Assembly: GCA_964016885.1 (NCBI GenBank)
Contig: OZ024742.1
Span: 153,574,001 to 153,638,000, forward strand
Length of the DNA stretch: 64,000 nucleotides
Source: Eledone cirrhosa
Taxonomy: Eukaryota
Direction of reading: 5' to 3'
The notes under the pieces are model-generated. The model worked only from the letters and a program-made list of their open reading frames with translations. It was not told the origin of the DNA and did not search any database. Below are positions 54,184-64,000 of the stretch, piece after piece. Made by a program: the position numbers and the translations under genes. The first letter of the stretch is position 1. Each line of letters begins with the position of its first letter.

Positions 54184-54718
54184 CAAATATATATATATAT
54201 ATATATATATATTCATGTGTATGTATGTGGGGCTCTTTGGTGCCTGCATGCATCCATCTGTTATTAGATTTGTTCGTAATACAAATCCTGTTCAAGCATA
54301 TACAGATATTTATTTTTTCTTCTACATAAGTTATTTCCGCTGTAATCTTTTTGAGAAAATTAATTGCCTTGTTAAAATTCTATAATGTTTTCTTATCCTT
54401 TACAGATATTGAAAAACGTTTCTCTTTTTTTCATTGCGGGAAAGATATGGCTGTATCATTTCCTTTATCCTCTTTCTAATACTACGAATTATATAGACTG
54501 ACCAAGGTATTAGATAAAAGGGTAATTAAGTCTATAAAACCTTAGTGATGAATAGAAGCAATTATTTCGTTTACCATTCACGAATAGCATTTTAATGCAG
54601 TTAAATGCATGCTAAGTAGCGCATCGTTTCCGGCGAGTACATACTCACACCCTCACATAGACATACATACAGACGCAAGGACATACAAGCAGATACACAT
54701 TCTCTCGCAGATACACAC

Positions 54719-54788
<70 letters not shown>

Positions 54789-54792
54789 AGAG

Positions 54793-54847
<55 letters not shown>

Positions 54848-55044
54848 TACAGAGATAGAGAGAGAGAGAAAGAGAGAGAGAGATGTAGACAATGGTGACA
54901 TGAACAATGGTCTATAACAATTGTACACACATGCATGCGTTTAATTTAATAGGAAATATTCTATAACGAAGGATACAGATCGTTCGATGGGGTTTCGTCC
55001 AGTAATTGTAACTATAAAGCAGGTGTGAGTAAATATGTGGTACA

Positions 55045-55337
55045 AGCAAAGTATATACTTTCAAAAGTTCAATCATCTGACAGGAAGGAATACGGTGTAG
55101 ACGATAGCTAATAAGCTTGAAACTTGTTCATTGTTCCTTTGTCAATGTTGAACAAAATGGCAACGATGGTTGGCGAACACTGTACGGCTTAATTCGGGCT
55201 GTTTGTTTACAAACAAACCGAACATTATAATAAATGTTCGGTAAACCCATTCGCACATATATATGTGTGCATGTATGTATATATATATATACTACTGTAC
55301 GTCTGTATACATATATGTATGTACGTATACACACTTA

Positions 55338-55345
<8 letters not shown>
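55045..55345 (+). mobile_element. Old copy of the 511-bp HHR monomer family with decayed core
   Basis: acggtg TAGACGA tagctaataagctt GAAA cttg TT cattgt at 55092-55134; colinear with about 60650-61010. Confidence 0.75.
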
Positions 55346-56726
<1,381 letters not shown>

Positions 56727-56995
56727 ATATACCACTAGGTATATATTTAGATATATATATAGGCAGTGGTGCTTCAAGATTTGTTAAGTGTACTGTCATG
56801 AAATAGACTATAGCCTGTATAGTATTTTGCGTGGTAATCGCTTGCTGGTGATGCTCATTTGCATATCGTACTAGCATGGCTGGTTATATATAATTGCTGA
56901 TAGCACTAAGCTGTGTATAAGCATAATATAGGTGTATATGAAAATATTATATAATATGGGTAGGCATGCAACCGAAGGAAATATCTTTCGTATGA

Positions 56996-57033
<38 letters not shown>

Positions 57034-57170
57034 TACCACAACAGGAGTCCAACGAGCTTTAGATTCAAAATTCGAGCTGGAACGATACAGTGCGAACCAT
57101 GATCAATTGCGAAACGCACGCTTCCTACTCAAGAAAGGTTACGACGACGTACCGAATCGTTTTTTTATCT

Positions 57171-57202
<32 letters not shown>

Positions 57203-57254
57203 AACAAAACTTAGAATAAACGATGGCAACAACAGAGTAAGGAGTAAGATAACA

Positions 57255-57315
57255 TAAGTACATGGGGAGGGTAAACGTGTGGCTCTGCCACACGTTTACC
57301 CTCCCCATGTACTTA
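57255..57315. repeat. Perfect 29-bp-arm hairpin
   Basis: taagtacatggggagggtaaacgtgtggc-tct-gccacacgtttaccctccccatgtactta. Confidence 0.92.
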
Positions 57316-57447
57316 AATTATTGTTTCTATTCCAAAGGCGAACGCTCCTATTTCCACAAGTTTTTCATGTCGTAATACACGCGCGCACACACATATAAAC
57401 ATATATATATACATACATATTTCTATGTATACTCATATATGTTTAGA

Positions 57448-58035
<588 letters not shown>

Positions 58036-58359
58036 TAGTAAACAGTGAAACAAAGTTAGAACATTAAGGAATAGTAAACAAATTACCTTACTTGAGGAAA
58101 AACATAATAAATATATAAAGATGAACCTGGCGATTGTTTATATACATGCAAATCTAGTGTACACAACGAAAATAAATTATTTCCTACAAAATACATTATA
58201 ATGTTGTTTTTTTTCAATCTAGGTGGGTTTTATAAAATAGTCATGATTATCAAATTAGGTTTTTTTTAATTAAATTCTTTCATTTTCAGTATCTTTTGAA
58301 AGATTCATCATGACTAATGATGTTATTGGACATATGTTTTTCCCAGATATACTTATGTT

Positions 58360-58400
<41 letters not shown>

Positions 58401-58403
<3 letters not shown>

Positions 58404-58517
58404 TTGAAATAAAATGAAAACGAAATTTCATTTCTGACTCTTAGTATGGCACTTACTTAAATGTAAGTATGTATGTATACGTACATACATATATGTATAC
58501 AGACGTACAGTAGCATG

Positions 58518-58525
<8 letters not shown>
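58401..58525 (-). mobile_element. Fragment of the 511-bp HHR monomer family
   Basis: Matches 59962-60090. Confidence 0.8.
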
Positions 58526-58568
<43 letters not shown>

Positions 58569-59230
58569 TGGCTGCCAACTCGTTTTCGAGTACGGCCACT
58601 ACTTTATATCCATGTAGGAGAACCCCTACCGATGCGCTGAGCGAGTGTGACTTTTTAGTCCAGCCAGCGACTTGAAAACTCTGGTACAAACACTACACTT
58701 GTGACAATTACTGACACATAGTGCTGGGCCCATGGTACCATGTGACGACAAGTGCAGAGAGATCTCCAGATATAAAGCAATGCCTGTGCCGTGAAGCTTT
58801 TATAGTGAGCAAAGGCACTGCACAAAGCCAGTCCCACTCTCTTAACCAAGATGATATTTACCAAAAAGAAGAACAAGTCAACATCATTGGATACTATCAG
58901 GGTTGCAGGTGTTATATCAGAGTTTTCCTTCTCCTAGAATTCTGCCTTGACAAAGGCTAAGGGGTCATCTCTCCCGGTGATTTTGGATGGCCATTGACTC
59001 TTAAGAGCTCCTTTGCCCTTTGACAGGTTTTGTTTTTAGTCCTGCAGGATGTCCAAAGTCACCCTCCTCACCAAGAAACCTTGGTGGGGTTGCCAGTTTA
59101 GTCGCCAACGACCCGACCATGGGACAGGTTGTACTGGGATACATGTTACCAGTAGCACCAACTGGTGACCTGACAACTATTTTTTTTTTTTTTTTTCTCT
59201 TACTCTCCTTCTCTTTTTCTTTTTCCTTTT

Positions 59231-61056
<1,826 letters not shown>

Positions 61057-63132
61057 AGAACGAGTAGGACACCGACGGCTGAGCTCAAGCCGTTTCGACG
61101 GCTAATTCAGGACTAAATGAACATTTTTATCCTGTTAAATGAATAGCCGAGCTTCTCAGGGGGTAATATTCCATATACGGAAAAAATGATTGTCACACGG
61201 ATGGGTCAAAAGTTTTTTGCTGAGACACATAATTCTATCATGGCATTTTGTGGAAGGAAGGGGTAGCTGAACTTGCCAGTAGAAGAAAGAGGGAGAGGGA
61301 GTGGAGGAAACCCAGTCGTGCGTTGAAAGTGACAACTACAGCAGAATCCTAAGGATAAGAGGACAAGAGGGGGAGTGGGGTGGGTGAAGTCGAAACAATA
61401 AGTAGATCTATATGGAGTAAATCTATAGAGTAAAATAAGAATGGTTAAAATATAAAAAAACACAATTTCTGGTTACTATTCCCCTACCACACTCATCAAA
61501 TCTCTCACTGTCACTGCTAAACTATAGAAAAGTGTAATAGGTGGTTACTAAATACGAGATTGTAGTGAAAGAATTGTATGAGTTAGTAGTACTCTGCCTA
61601 ATCTTTCTTACAATGACAGGTCAACAAGTACGGGGCCAAAATACTAAAAAAAAAAAACCTAATACGAAATAATAATTCAGAGACCCGAAAATAATAGGAA
61701 ATATTAATTCAGAATCCCGAAAATGAATACTAATACGATATATAAGAGTACCGCTACAATACATACATTCTAATGCAAACTACATAAATGCTCGTACGAT
61801 ATATAAGAAAAAATGAATACAAAAAATTAATTCAGAGCCCCCCCCCCCCCCCCCCTAATACTGATATACGAGAAACTAAAGCAGAGATACCACTAAGAAA
61901 TCTAGAAATCACGGAAATGGGGTACCAATCAGATAAGAAAGCAAGTATCTGGGGTCTAGCAGATCTGCTATAAAAGGCGGATTTGGCCAATTCTATCATA
62001 GAATGGGGGTGGGGGTACTAAGGCTACGGAGGACTGAATGGCTGCCTTGTGGTGGGCGAGAAGGCGAAAAGAACGACAAAGAAGGAGAGCTGGGGTGGAA
62101 GGACGAGGAAGGGATGGGAGGAAGGAGGAAATATAGAGGAGACGATAAAAATTTATAAGACAATCTTATGTCTACCTTTGTAAGCAGGGGTTACCCATTA
62201 CACAGTCGGCAAGTGGGGTGTTACAGCCCTTGTCTACCCCCACCCTCGGGTCATTATGGGGTTTGAGGGCGAGGTATGTCCTACGCAATCTGTGTTTCCA
62301 TCCAGTTACCCGTCGTCTTTGTTGTTTAGGAGATGGTCCGTCGAAAACAGCATTTGTAAAGTATTCTCCGAGCATAAATTACACGGCCGGCGTCCTCCCG
62401 TGTAAGAGTTGGCTCTGGACAGTAAGGTCCAAGTGAGATTATAGGTTGTATTGTTATCTTTGACGTCCCAGATGTGGCCCTAAAGTGTAGTGTCGTGACG
62501 CCTGGCCGGGTTTCGGAAAGTATGAATGTGTTGGTATAACCGGGTCTTGAAGTCCCAAGCGCTTAATCCTATATAAGCTTTGTTGGAGGTGTCCGTCCTC
62601 ACGTTGCGCTGGTAGATCACATTACGATCTCTGTATCTGTTGTCGAGGGGCAAATGGATCCAGCAGGACAGTGACACCTCCTGGTCGGCTCTCCACTGCT
62701 ATCTAGGATATTTCTTCCATAGGGGTTGAGTATTTTGTTGTTATAGGAGACGATGTTATTTTTCTATATAGATTTACTCCATATAGATATACTTATTGTT
62801 TCAACTTCCTCCCTCCTCCCCCTCTTGACCTCTTATCCTTAGGATTCTGCTATAGTCGTCACTTTCAAAGAACGACTCAGTTTCCTCCATTCCCTCTCCC
62901 TCTTTCTTCTACTGGCAAGTTCAGCTACCCCTTCCTTCCACAAAATGCCATGATAGAATTGTGTGTCTCAACAACAAACTTTGACCCATCCTTGTGACAA
63001 TCACTTTTAACATATATGTAATATTACCCCCTGAGACGCTCGGCTATGCATTTAACAGGATAAACATTTTCATTTAGTCCTGAATTTGCCGTCGAAACGG
63101 CTTGAGCTCAGCCGTCGTAGTCCTACTCGTTC
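61057..63132 (-). mobile_element. PLE family F 3' fragment (GIY-YIG remnant about 62280-62760) with inverted pseudo-LTR
   Basis: RNVIYQRNV...AYIGLS..DFKTRLYQHIHTF; inverted repeats 61057-61430 / 62763-63132. Confidence 0.8.
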
Positions 63133-63212
63133 CTATTACCCATTCTACTACCCTAAGTATTGAGTACTTTGGTGCGTTATGGTCCATCTGGTTCCTTACC
63201 ACATTTCCTTCG

Positions 63213-63278
<66 letters not shown>

Positions 63279-63440
63279 GAGGAAGTTATAGTTCACTTGA
63301 AGCATTGTGTAATGAGGTATAAACGTTTTTAGGTGTATAGTAAAGCCAAAACAATGCACGTATGGACATAGAATATAGAATCCAAATGCAAAATATATTG
63401 TCGACAATTAGTCTACCTACGTAGAAGTTGCTGCATTTGT

Positions 63441-63708
63441 CGCACTTGCGACAAATGCAGCAACTTCTACGTAGGTAGCACCACCAGACCACTCCACATT
63501 AGAATAAAAGAACACCTCAATACAACGCTTCCTCATTTAAGAAACAATTAGTTAAATGCAAATACACCGACAAAACCATAACAGTTAGGATAGAAACTAA
63601 TGAAAGAAACCTCAGCAATCTTAGAATTAAGGAAGCACTAATTATAGACAAAACACAACCACCAATAAATAAAAGACTAGAATTCAACACCCAATTTATA
63701 ACTTCATA
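63441..63708 (+). pseudogene. PLE GIY-YIG 3' fragment (Penelope/Poseidon-like)
   Basis: TCDKCSNFYVGSTTRPLHIRIKEH...LRIKEALIIDKTQPPINKRLE; a perfect 32-bp foldback (63413-63478) sits at its 5' truncation. Confidence 0.8.
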
Positions 63709-64000
63709 GAGCATCTAGCCCCGTGTTTCCACCCCCCTTCCACATACACGCGCACACACACACGCACGCACACACACACATACACACACTCGCACGCACA
63801 CACACATACTTACACATTCACGCATTCTCCCACACACTTAAACAGGCATGTACAAAAAAAATCTTTTAAAGGAGACTGCTCTTCACCCATCTAAGCTTAA
63901 CTCTTTGACATTAGAGATAGAACAGATACTCTATACCATTTCCAGTCAGCATGACTTGGCAAGCTCTATAGAACACTGGTTTAACCGCTGTACTTCCCTC

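Noticed and set aside
58567-59176. GC-richer block, possibly an RTE 5' region on the minus strand
   Set aside because: Only a short remembered motif (gagttttccttctcctag) supports it; not enough to annotate.

Overview
AT-rich, microsatellite-dense eukaryotic DNA with no recognisable host protein-coding gene. The SINE types and (TA)n load suggest a cephalopod or other mollusc, probably octopus, but this is inference. Identifiable content is almost entirely retroelement-derived: several Penelope-like elements (PLEs; RT + C-terminal GIY-YIG), tRNA-derived SINEs and RTE/other LINE fossils. The main signal is a 9.7 kb array of a 310-bp non-coding monomer (about 27.3 copies, then about 3.9 inverted copies). 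Every complete monomer carries a type I hammerhead ribozyme (HHR) inside a 16-bp stem, giving 31 HHRs. Two further non-coding HHR monomer families (about 511 and 768 bp), a diverged relative of the 310-bp unit and HHRs in PLE pseudo-LTRs are also present. Most of these insertions share one geometry: two arms joined 5'-to-5', usually with the outer 3' ends in (TA)n. This suggests ribozyme-processed, probably circular, non-coding RNAs (retrozyme-like) copied into multimeric DNA by PLE machinery. All ribozyme calls are by eye from sequence and pairing; activity is untested.
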